This document shows positions 45,386 through 54,800 of a DNA stretch of 64,000 bases, piece by piece. The notes beneath the pieces were generated by a model that did not search any database, was not told where the DNA came from, and worked only from the letters and a program-made list of their open reading frames with translations. The stretch comes from Candidatus Saccharimonadota bacterium (GTDB lineage: Bacteria > Patescibacteriota > Saccharimonadia > Saccharimonadales > AQU-01). The number at the start of each line of letters is the position of its first letter. Position 1 is the stretch's first letter. Position numbers and translations under genes: made by a program. The stretch lies in the NCBI GenBank assembly GCA_037137935.1, contig JBAXJI010000002.1, positions 12,218 through 76,217 of the forward strand. The letters run 5' to 3'.

Positions 45386-46210
45386 ATGAGCGAATATACG
45401 GTTGACTCACAGTCCAGCAACAACCCAGAACTAACCTATAAAGGACAGCAATTTTCTAGCGATACTGGTCGTTTGTTATTAAAGGTGTCTATGGAGCTTG
45501 GGATAATTTCTGATCCAGAGATGGGCGAAGAATTTATAGAAAACGGCCTAGAGTCACTTAGTAAAACTATGTCAGAATGCCAGTATGTCGCACCCCTAGT
45601 TAGCGTGCCGGTAAAACCTGAAACATTATATGAACATATTCGAGGCTACCACGATACACATGCTCAGGATAGGCAGCCTAATATTATCGGTAGATTGTGG
45701 AATGACAATCCAGAATATGAAGAAGTTATGGGTGGATATAGCCCCAGGTCTTACGGAACGAAGGAATTAAATCTGCGTTCAATTAAAGACGATGAAGTTA
45801 TGGATAAACCTCAAGTAAGAGGCATGTTACTTGGAGCTAAAAATAACAATGGCGAAGACGGCTTGCATTTTACAGACAGAGATTTGGCCGGTCAACGCTT
45901 TGAAGCCGAACGTTTGGAATATCAGTTTAGTTTAGGATATCCAGACCAACAGCTTCGGATAGCAAATGTCACAGATGTTATATTTTTAGCTGCGATGCAC
46001 CGCGAACAAGGAAGCTCTTTATTTTCGAATGGGACTACAAGCTTCCCCCAAATGCCAACTAAGCTATATAGTAAATTGAATTTCGTAGGCTCGGCCAATG
46101 AATTCCTAGCAGATATATCGCTGAGTCGCTGGAATGGCAAGGCTAGTAAAAAAGTTGGCACGAGACTCACGGTAGGTCCTAGTCCCGACCAAGAACCTTT
46201 TCAAGAATAG
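45386..46210 (+). CDS. Hypothetical cytosolic protein
   Basis: ORF trimmed to ATG 45386, because the track TTG 45368 lies inside the promoter. No recognisable domain. Confidence 0.4.
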   Translation: MSEYTVDSQSSNNPELTYKGQQFSSDTGRLLLKVSMELGIISDPEMGEEFIENGLESLSKTMSECQYVAPLVSVPVKPETLYEHIRGYHDTHAQDRQPNIIGRLWNDNPEYEEVMGGYSPRSYGTKELNLRSIKDDEVMDKPQVRGMLLGAKNNNGEDGLHFTDRDLAGQRFEAERLEYQFSLGYPDQQLRIANVTDVIFLAAMHREQGSSLFSNGTTSFPQMPTKLYSKLNFVGSANEFLADISLSRWNGKASKKVGTRLTVGPSPDQEPFQE

Positions 46211-46287
46211 GCTCTCTCCTAGTTATAAAATAAAACCGTAATTACCTCTGTTGCTCGCGCGCTATGTTCTGCTATACTAAATCCAAT

Positions 46288-46581
46288 ATGGCAAAACTAA
46301 CACGCGATGATGTCTTGAAATTGGCTGGATTAGCCAAACTTGAACTATCTGAAGACGAAGTAGATAAGTTTACTCTAGAAATAAGCGAGATACTTGGCTA
46401 TATCGAGCAACTACAGGCCGTAGATGTAGAAGGTCTAGAACCAACCTATCAGCTGACAGGTCTTAGCAATGTTATGCGTCCAGACGAAATTGTTGATTAT
46501 AAGATAGAACGCTCAGAACTCATGAAGAATTTACCCGCCGAAGAAGACGGTCAGATTAAAGTAAAGCGAGTTTTAGCATGA
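46288..46581 (+). CDS. gatC: Asp/Glu-tRNA amidotransferase subunit C
   Basis: MAKLTRDDVLKLAGLAKLELSEDEV is the classic GatC N-terminus. The track start at 46264 lies over a TTGCTC-16-TATACT promoter. Confidence 0.9.
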   Translation: MAKLTRDDVLKLAGLAKLELSEDEVDKFTLEISEILGYIEQLQAVDVEGLEPTYQLTGLSNVMRPDEIVDYKIERSELMKNLPAEEDGQIKVKRVLA

Positions 46582-48008
46582 GCCAGTGGCCATCTGTTAA
46601 GGACTTAGCAAGTGACGTTAACTCTGGTCGAGTCTCGGCCTCTGAGCAAGTAGAAAAAGCCTTAAAAACTATCGAAGAAAAGAAAGAATTCAATGCGATA
46701 ATAGCTACTCTGGCAGACCGTGCTCGCCAAAGAGCTAAGACGATTGACGATAGAATTAAGGGCGGTGAAAATGTCGGTAGACTCGCTGGTGTGCCATTTA
46801 TAGCCAAAGACAACTTTTTGACATTTGGGGCTGAAACAACAGCCGCAAGTAATATTCTCAAAGGATTTGAAGCACCTTATCAAGCCACTGCTATCGAAAG
46901 ATTAGAGGCAGAGGGCGCTATTTGCGTAGCGAAAGCTAACTTAGATGCCTTTGCTCACGGATCAAGCACCGAGAATAGTGACTTCTTTACGACATTAAAC
47001 CCACATGACAAATCTAAGGTTCCTGGCGGTTCATCTGGAGGTTCTACGGCATCTGTAGTTCTAGATATGGCTCCTTTTGCTCTTGGTACCGATACTGGCG
47101 GTTCGATTCGTCTGCCAGCATCATTCTGCGGTGCCGTTGGCTATAAGCCTACCTACGGTCTTGTATCGCGATCTGGGGTTGTGGCTATGGCCAGTAGCAC
47201 TGACGTAATTGGGCCACTAACTAGGACTGTCGCAGATTCCGCCTTAGTTTTAGATATTATGGCCGGAACGGATGAGCTAGACAGTACATCTATCGTAAAA
47301 GATAAATTAGGGTACGAATTATCGCCTACAGTAGCAAATCTAAAGGGTCAGAAAATCGGCGTGATTAGCGAGTATATGAGCGAAGGTTTGGAGCCAGAAG
47401 TTAAGGACAGTATAAATAAGGCGATAGAAGCCTTAAAGCAGGCTGGGGCAGAGATAGTAGACGTCAGCTTGCCGTCGTTGCCACTAGCTCTAGCGGTTTA
47501 CTATGTAATATGTCCGGCAGAAGTTAGTAGCAACTTGAGTCGTTATGACGGGCAGCGTTATGGATTTAGCAAGCAAGACACTACTAATCTAGATGATATT
47601 TATAAGCAAACTCGTTCAATAGGTTTCGGTAACGAAGCTAAAAGACGAATTATGATTGGTACATATGTGCTAAGTAGTGGATTTTATGATGCATACTACA
47701 AGAAAGCTCAAATCGTTAGAACAAAATTAGTAAAAGAATTTGAAGACGCATTTAAAAAAGTAGACTTCTTAATAGGGCCAACCGCCCCAACAACTGCTTT
47801 TGGTGTAGGCGAGAATATCGCTGATCCGTTAAAGATGTATCTAACTGATATTATGACCGTTGCCGTAAACTTAGTAGGCGTACCAGCTATTAGCGTACCT
47901 TGCCCGGTGAGCGACAAAATGCCAATTGGATTACAGATTATTGCCGCGCAGCATCAAGACAGAAAATTATTAGAAATAGCGCAATTAACAGAAAGTATTT
48001 TGAAATGA
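46578..48008 (+). CDS. gatA: Asp/Glu-tRNA amidotransferase subunit A
   Basis: Amidase signature GGSSGGSTASV...GTDTGGSIRLPASFCG, with an ATGA overlap with gatC. Confidence 0.95.
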   Translation: MSQWPSVKDLASDVNSGRVSASEQVEKALKTIEEKKEFNAIIATLADRARQRAKTIDDRIKGGENVGRLAGVPFIAKDNFLTFGAETTAASNILKGFEAPYQATAIERLEAEGAICVAKANLDAFAHGSSTENSDFFTTLNPHDKSKVPGGSSGGSTASVVLDMAPFALGTDTGGSIRLPASFCGAVGYKPTYGLVSRSGVVAMASSTDVIGPLTRTVADSALVLDIMAGTDELDSTSIVKDKLGYELSPTVANLKGQKIGVISEYMSEGLEPEVKDSINKAIEALKQAGAEIVDVSLPSLPLALAVYYVICPAEVSSNLSRYDGQRYGFSKQDTTNLDDIYKQTRSIGFGNEAKRRIMIGTYVLSSGFYDAYYKKAQIVRTKLVKEFEDAFKKVDFLIGPTAPTTAFGVGENIADPLKMYLTDIMTVAVNLVGVPAISVPCPVSDKMPIGLQIIAAQHQDRKLLEIAQLTESILK

Positions 48009-48409
48009 ACCATCTATTAATAGCGACCGTAAGCTCCATCGCTACTTTATTATTAGCTTTATTGATATTCTCAGGATTGCGCCGCAAATCTAATAGACGG
48101 AAATACACCGAAAGATGGCAAGATTTGCAGCGTTATTGTGCTAGTAAGGAAACTTGGCCTCTAGCCATTATTACGGCAGACAAGTTATTAGACGAAGCAC
48201 TAAGAAACCATCGCATAAAGGGCAAAAGTACTGGCGAGCGATTAGTTGCTGCTCAGCATAAAATTACCGACAATGACGCTGTCTGGTATTCTCATAATCT
48301 TGCCAAAAAACTAATAGCAGAAACAACCGTACGACTTAATCAAGCTGATGTTAAGAAGTCATTAGTCGGGTTTAGGCAGGCGCTGAAAGATTTAGGAGTT
48401 GTAGTGTGA
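48005..48409 (+). CDS. Small N-terminally anchored membrane protein inserted between gatA and gatB
   Basis: ATG 48005 overlaps the gatA stop (ATGA), and its own stop overlaps the gatB GTG (GTGA). It has a TM (LLIATVSSIATLLLALLIFSGL) followed by a helical cytosolic domain. Confidence 0.5.
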   Translation: MNHLLIATVSSIATLLLALLIFSGLRRKSNRRKYTERWQDLQRYCASKETWPLAIITADKLLDEALRNHRIKGKSTGERLVAAQHKITDNDAVWYSHNLAKKLIAETTVRLNQADVKKSLVGFRQALKDLGVVV

Positions 48410-49875
48410 GTCAGTCTAGTAAGACCTATACCCCGACTATCGGCATAGAATGTCATGTCCAGTTAAGCACAAAGACAAAATTGTTTGCTGCTGTCGGTAA
48501 CGACGCTAGAGATTCTCAGCCGAATACTTTGATCAGTCATATTTGCCTTGGAATGCCAGGAGCCCTGCCTGTCCTAAATGCAAAAGCTGTCGAACTTGGT
48601 GCTAGGGCGGCATTTGCATTAAACACGACTCCAGCAGTATTCAGTAAGTTCGACAGGAAGCACTATTTTTACCCTGATTTACCAAAAGGTTACCAGATTA
48701 CACAATTTGAGCAACCCATAGTGCTTGGTGGTTATGTAGAAATTGAAAGTGAAGGCCTAAAAAAGAAGATTGGTATTACCCGGGCTCACTTAGAAGAAGA
48801 TGCTGGTAAAAGCACTCATCCAGCCGGTAAAGACTATAGTCTTGTAGATTTAAACCGTGCTGGTACGCCGCTACTAGAGATAGTCTCAGAACCAGACATT
48901 AAGTCTGCGGCAGATGCTAAGGCTTATGCACGAGAATTATATTTGATTGTTAAGTATGCAGGTATTTCCGATGCAGATTTGTATCATGGTAATATGCGTT
49001 TTGACGTTAACGTTTCAGTTAGTAGTGATCCTAACGTATTAGGTACTCGCACAGAGTCAAAGAACTTAAACTCGTTTAAGAGCGTAGAAAAAGCGGCAGA
49101 ATACGAGATTAAACGTCAAATAGAGTTGCTTGAAAAAGGTGAAGCAATTATACAAGAGACTCGTGGTTGGGATGATGCCAAACAGAGAACATTTTCGCAG
49201 CGTGGCAAAGAGCAGGCCCACGATTATCGCTATATGCCAGAACCGGATGTTCCGCCAATAATTCTATCTGAAGAGTTTATTAATGAAATAAAGTCATCGC
49301 TGCCTGTAATGCCCGACGAATGGCGTAATCGTTTATTTTCGTTAGGATTGAGCCGAAGTCAAATAGACACGCTCTTGGAAGCAGAAATTGATAACGAAGC
49401 CGTAGGCTATCTGCCTATAATTGAAGATAATTTAGATAATCCAGATGTTGCTAAGTTTATCGCTAATTATTTTGTAAACATTGAGATACCTATGCGTCAT
49501 GACGGTAGTGTAAGTGATAAGCTTGATAACCATGCCCGATCAACTATATATATTGCGATCGACAAACTAATTCAAGAAAACAAGCTTAGCTCTACCAATG
49601 CCAAGGCCTTACTTACGCAACTACTTAAAGAAGGCTTAAGTCCTACAGATATTGAAGGATATGCAGGCGAGCAAGGTTATATACAAGAATCCGACAGTAG
49701 CGAAATTGAAAAGATTGTAGAAGCAGTTATTGCTGAGTTTCCTGACGCCGCCAATGATGTCAAGAACGGTGAAATGAAGGCGATAGGCTTCTTGACTGGT
49801 CAAGTTATGAAGAAGTCTCTAGGCAAGGCTAATCCAGGAATGGCACAAGAATTAATTCGTAAAAAACTAGCGTAA
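48406..49875 (+). CDS. gatB: Asp/Glu-tRNA amidotransferase subunit B
   Basis: IGIECHVQL, RKHYFYPDLPKGYQITQ, DLNRAGTPLLEIVSEPD and a C-terminal YqeY-like tail. Confidence 0.95.
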   Translation: MSQSSKTYTPTIGIECHVQLSTKTKLFAAVGNDARDSQPNTLISHICLGMPGALPVLNAKAVELGARAAFALNTTPAVFSKFDRKHYFYPDLPKGYQITQFEQPIVLGGYVEIESEGLKKKIGITRAHLEEDAGKSTHPAGKDYSLVDLNRAGTPLLEIVSEPDIKSAADAKAYARELYLIVKYAGISDADLYHGNMRFDVNVSVSSDPNVLGTRTESKNLNSFKSVEKAAEYEIKRQIELLEKGEAIIQETRGWDDAKQRTFSQRGKEQAHDYRYMPEPDVPPIILSEEFINEIKSSLPVMPDEWRNRLFSLGLSRSQIDTLLEAEIDNEAVGYLPIIEDNLDNPDVAKFIANYFVNIEIPMRHDGSVSDKLDNHARSTIYIAIDKLIQENKLSSTNAKALLTQLLKEGLSPTDIEGYAGEQGYIQESDSSEIEKIVEAVIAEFPDAANDVKNGEMKAIGFLTGQVMKKSLGKANPGMAQELIRKKLA

Positions 49876-49903
49876 GTTGTTTGGAATAAGTTACAATCAG
49901 CCT

Positions 49904-50806
49904 ATGAATAATAAACCCGTACGAAAAGCCGTTATCGCAGCCGCTGGATTTGGTACTAGATTCTTGCCACAAACTAAGGCAATGCCCAAGGAAATGTTGC
50001 CGCTTATCGACAAGCCAATTATTCAGTATATCGTAGAAGATTTAGTCGCAGCAGGCATCAAAGACATTATTATAGTAACTGGTTATAGTAAAAGAAACAT
50101 AGAAGACCACTTCGATACGCCAAACGAAGATTTATTGAACAATTTGAGGGCTGGCGGAGAGTCAAAGGCGCACTTGATTGCAGAAATTGAAAGAATAGCT
50201 GATATGGCTAACTTTGCCTATGTTAGACAGAAAGGGCCTTATGGCACGGCTACACCATTAATGAATGTGGCGCACTTGGTTGGTGACGAGCCTTTCATAT
50301 ATACCTATGCAGACGATTTATTTGTTTCTCAACCCAATGCTTTTCAACAAATGATCGAACTATACAATGAATTTGGATCCAGTATCCTCCCTTGTATTAG
50401 AATCGAGGACGATCGTGACTATGGTCGTTATGGCGTGGTGTCTGGTGATAATGTGCGCGAGGATGTGCTAAAGATAAATAACATAATTGAAAAGCCAGGC
50501 AAAGATAATGCGCCGTCAAATTTTGCTAGCGTGGCTGGATATTTATTAACACCCGATGTATTCGATTATCTGGATAAGGGTCGCGATGAATTACCGGAGG
50601 GTAAAGAGTTCTATCTGACCGATGACATCATCAAACCTATGTTAACAGACGGAAAAGCTTTTTATGCTTGTGAGATCAAAGATAGCGTTCGCTACGATAC
50701 TGGAAACAAGCTAGATTATCTAAAAGCTGTTGTTGATTTTGCATTAATGCGAGACGACATTAAAGATGAGTTTAGGCAATTCCTCAAGCAAAAATCAAAC
50801 GAATAG
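49904..50806 (+). CDS. galU: UTP--glucose-1-phosphate uridylyltransferase
   Basis: KAVIAAAGFGTRFLPQTKAMPKEMLP. ATG 49904 is preferred over TTG 49877. Confidence 0.9.
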   Translation: MNNKPVRKAVIAAAGFGTRFLPQTKAMPKEMLPLIDKPIIQYIVEDLVAAGIKDIIIVTGYSKRNIEDHFDTPNEDLLNNLRAGGESKAHLIAEIERIADMANFAYVRQKGPYGTATPLMNVAHLVGDEPFIYTYADDLFVSQPNAFQQMIELYNEFGSSILPCIRIEDDRDYGRYGVVSGDNVREDVLKINNIIEKPGKDNAPSNFASVAGYLLTPDVFDYLDKGRDELPEGKEFYLTDDIIKPMLTDGKAFYACEIKDSVRYDTGNKLDYLKAVVDFALMRDDIKDEFRQFLKQKSNE

Positions 50807-50844
50807 TGATTGCTTTTGCTAACTGATGTATAATTAAGTCACAA

Positions 50845-51093
50845 ATGAACACAGACGAAAGATTCCTAGTAATCCTACTTTCTCTAGCACTTGCTACCTT
50901 CCTGGTACTGGGCATAGTGGCAGTAATAAAAACGATTCAAATATTAGACAATGTCCGGAAAATAACCGAGAAGGCTGAAGAATTTGCCGAGAAAGCAGAA
51001 GCAGTTGGTGACTTCTTGCATAAAACCGCTGGTCCTGCCGTTTTAATTAAGACACTAGGCAAGATGGCCAGATCATATACCGACAAAAAATAA
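50845..51093 (+). CDS. Small membrane protein
   Basis: 82 aa with one TM (FLVILLSLALATFLVLGIVAVI) followed by a helical tail. Confidence 0.35.
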   Translation: MNTDERFLVILLSLALATFLVLGIVAVIKTIQILDNVRKITEKAEEFAEKAEAVGDFLHKTAGPAVLIKTLGKMARSYTDKK

Positions 51094-51115
51094 GACAATT
51101 TAAAGGGGTAATATT

Positions 51116-51544
51116 GTGAAGAAAAAAACAGAAAAAATAGCTATCGGTACAGCTGTAGCAGCGGCAGTAGGTTATTTGGCTGGAATTCTAACAGCTCCAA
51201 AAACTGGAAAGAATTTACGAAAAACAATTCACAACACGGCATCTAAAACACGATCTGAAACAGAGCGAAAACTCAAGTCAATGCATAGTGAAGTTAACGA
51301 CCTTATTGTTACTGGTAACGAAACTCGAGATAAGCTTCAGGATAAGACGGACGATAAATTAGCGGCACTTCTAGTGACTGCTAACACCGCCAAAGATAAG
51401 GCTCGTGAAATGATTTCTGCGCTACACGAAGGTGGTGCAGCTGACGAAGAGCTACAAGTAGCAATAAATGACGTTAACAAGGCTATTGATCATCTTAAGA
51501 AGTATTTAACAAATGATAAAAAAACTAAAAAAACAAGCAAGTAG
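51116..51544 (+). CDS. YtxH-like membrane-associated stress protein
   Basis: GTAVAAAVGYLAGILTAPKTGKNLRK is the YtxH-domain pattern, followed by a long charged helix. Confidence 0.6.
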   Translation: MKKKTEKIAIGTAVAAAVGYLAGILTAPKTGKNLRKTIHNTASKTRSETERKLKSMHSEVNDLIVTGNETRDKLQDKTDDKLAALLVTANTAKDKAREMISALHEGGAADEELQVAINDVNKAIDHLKKYLTNDKKTKKTSK

Positions 51545-51788
51545 AACCGACAAGGAGTATGAGACTCTAGGTCGAATGCTAGTGAGCTTCTACGAGAGTA
51601 ACTATATTAGTCACAAAAAAGCTTATAAAGTTAGTTTTGTTAAAGGAATTTTTACTGGACTTGGCACGGTAATCGGCGCCACTATAGTAGTATCTATACT
51701 TATTTTTGTGCTTTCCTTCTTTAAGCAAATCCCTTTAATTGGCCATTTCGCGGATAAAGTTAGATCTTCAATAGAAGTTACCCGCTAA
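51513..51788 (+). CDS. Small membrane protein
   Basis: 91 aa with a C-terminal TM (GLGTVIGATIVVSILIFVLSFF). It overlaps the upstream gene by 32 nt. Confidence 0.4.
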   Translation: MIKKLKKQASRTDKEYETLGRMLVSFYESNYISHKKAYKVSFVKGIFTGLGTVIGATIVVSILIFVLSFFKQIPLIGHFADKVRSSIEVTR

Positions 51789-51810
51789 CTCTGTTGTAAT
51801 TATCGCTTTC

Positions 51811-51846
51811 ACTGACTTAGCAGGGGCAGAGGTCGGCAAAGTCAGT
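51811..51846 (+). terminator. Hairpin downstream of the small-protein cluster, upstream of dnaE
   Basis: ACTGACTT (51811-51818) pairs with AAGTCAGT (51839-51846) around a 20-nt G-rich loop. There is no T-tract, so terminator function is doubtful. Confidence 0.3.
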
Positions 51847-51886
51847 TACAATAGATGTACATATATTTATAAAATCAGGATTAAGT

Positions 51887-54800
51887 ATGGCCAAAGATTT
51901 AACTCCGGCAAATTTCGTACATCTACATAATCATACCCAATATAGCTTGCTGGACGGACTTACGAAAATCCCGGCATTGATTGATTATGTTAACGAGATG
52001 GGTATGAAAGCTGTTGCTATTACAGATCATGGAACTTTGTCGGGAGCTATTGAATTTTATAAGACGGCCAAGGCCGGTGATGTTAAGCCAATTATCGGTA
52101 TGGAAACTTATGTCGCTCCAAGGGGTCATACAGACAGGGATCCTAGCAAAGATAAGACACCTTTTCACTTAATCGTTTTGGCGATGAATAATCAGGGTTA
52201 TCAAAATTTAATGCGTTTAAGTACGACTGCAAATTTAGATGGGTTTTATTACAAGCCTAGAGTTGATCATGATTTATTAGAAAAATATAACGAAGGACTG
52301 ATCATCCTTAGTGGATGTATTGGTGGAGAGATTGGGGATGCCCTAAGACAAGGCCAGTATGACAAGGCCGTGACTGTAGCCACTTGGTATAAATCAATAT
52401 TTGGTGACAGATATTATTTTGAAGTACAAGATCATGGGCATCTGAAGCATCCTGCTCGATGGGCTGAGCAAACTGCTGTGAATGATCAAATATTCAAATT
52501 GTCAGCAGAATTAGATATTCCAGTTGTTGTAACTAGCGATGCTCATTACCTAAGACATGAAGACCAGGAAGCGCACGAAATATTATTGTGTGTTCAGACT
52601 GGTTCTTTTTTGAGCGATGAAAAGCGAATGAGCTTAAAAGAGTTTGAGCTTCATGTTACTGAGCCCGAAGAGATAATCAAAAGATGGGGCGCAGATCATC
52701 CGGACGTGATAACGAATACACGCGATATTGCCGATAGATGCGATGTAGAGTTGAAGCTGGGTGAATACCTTATTCCAAAATTTTCTGTTCCGGAAGGTGA
52801 GTCAGAAAAAAGCTATCTCGATAAACTCACTTTCTCGGGGTTATTGAAACGCTACAATAATGTAGACGCAAAAGCTTCTGAAAAGATGACTATTCAGTCT
52901 ATGAAGGATGTGCTGCCGCCAGAAGTTGTTGTTCGAGCAGATTATGAGCTTGGAACTATTGATAGGATGGGATTTAACGGATATTTTTTGATCGTTCAGG
53001 ATTTTATTAATTGGGGTAAGAACGAAGGAATTATTTTTGGCCCAGGTAGAGGTAGTGGCGCAGGATCGATTGTTGCTTTTGCGCTTAGGATTACTGAACT
53101 TGATCCGCTTAAGTATGAACTATTGTTCGAGCGTTTTCTTAATCCAGATCGTATTTCCATGCCCGACTTCGATATTGATATACAGGATTCGCGCCGCGAA
53201 GAAGTTATCCAGTATTGTGTAAGAAAATACGGTAAAGAACGAGTGGCAAATATTGTCACATTTGGAAAAATGGCGGCACGAAACGCCGTACGAGATGTGT
53301 CTAGGGTTTTACAAGTTCCATATGCAGAGGCAGATCGTCTTGCAAAAATGATTCCTCCGCCAGTTCAGGGCAGACACATTCCACTATCAAAATCTATAGT
53401 AGATGACCCAGATTTAAAGAGAGAATATGAAGCCAGTGATCTTACGAAGAGAGTATTTGATTTAGCGATTAGACTAGAAGGTACAATTAGATCTCACGGC
53501 GTGCACGCAGCAGGAGTAGTAATTGCGCCAGACGATATAGTTAAGTTTGCGCCTTTGGAGATGGCCCAGAAGGGCGTAGTGTCTACGCAGTATTCTATGG
53601 GTCCTGTTGAAGAATTAGGATTATTGAAGATGGACTTTTTGGGGCTCTCAAACTTAACTACGATCAAGAACGCTTTGAGAATTATTAAGAAAGTTTACAA
53701 AAAAGACATCGATATCAATACTCTGCCTTTGGATGATGCGGCAACTTATAAATTACTTGCCAAAGGTGATACTACTGGAGTATTTCAGCTTGAATCTGCT
53801 GGCATGAAGAGGTATTTGAAAGATCTTAAGCCGACGGTATTTGATGATATTGTGGCTATGGGCGCATTGTATCGTCCTGGACCGATGCAATGGATTGAGG
53901 ATTTTATCGCTAGAAAACACGGGTTAAGAGAAATTGAATATCTTCACCCTGCAATGGAGCCGGCATTGAAGCCAACTTACGGCATTATTGTTTATCAAGA
54001 GCAGGTGATGCAAATTAGCCGTGAAATGTGTGGCTTTACAGGCGGCCAGTCTGATACTCTCAGAAAAGCTATTGGTAAGAAGAAGCCTGAAGAAATGGCT
54101 AAGATGAAGGCTGCATTTATTGATGGAGCTATAAAAACAGTAGGCGCTAATCCGCAAGTCATGGAAAAATTTTGGGGACAGCTTGAAGCATTCGCAGCCT
54201 ACGCCTTTCCTAAAGCGCACGCCGCTTGCTACGCCCTAACTTCCTATCATACGGCCTATTTGAAGGCTCATTATCCTGCGGCGTTTATGGCAGCTCTAAT
54301 GACAAGTGATTTTGACGATACAGACAGATTAAGTATTGAAATAAGTGAATGTAAGCACATGGGCCTAGAAGTATTGGCGCCAGATGTCAACCAGTCTTTT
54401 GGAGAGTTCGCAGTAGTACCTGGCGAAACGGTAAAGCAGGGTCAAATTCGTTTCGGGATGAACGCTGTTAAAAACGTAGGTTCTGGAGCTGTCGAAGACA
54501 TTATCTTAGCTAGAGACATTGACGGTAAATTCTCAAGTCTAGAAGACTTTTTGGCAAAAGTAAATTCTAAAGTTGTAAATCGTAAAACTATGGAAAGTTT
54601 GATTAAGTCGGGTGCCTTTTCTAGTTTTGAAACTAGGGGAGTTCTGCTTAATAATCTCGACACCATATTAGCTTATTCTTCACGTCTACATAAAGAGAAG
54701 AATAGTGGTCAGACGGATTTGTTCGGAAATCAATTGGACAGTGAGGTTTCTACGCCTAAACTTGCGTTAGATAATATGGACATAACTTATACCAGCCGTG

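Noticed and set aside
46578-48008. Alternative genetic code (UGA recoding, as in some candidate-phyla lineages)
   Set aside because: TGA terminates conserved genes at the expected length (gatC, gatA, ppa and the 450-aa ORF, among others). No conserved protein shows an in-frame TGA, so the standard code 11 fits.
47900-48409. 169-aa version of the ORF between gatA and gatB (track start 47900)
   Set aside because: The first ~105 nt overlap the conserved 3' end of gatA in another frame. ATG 48005 gives an ATGA coupling junction and a sensible TM-first protein.
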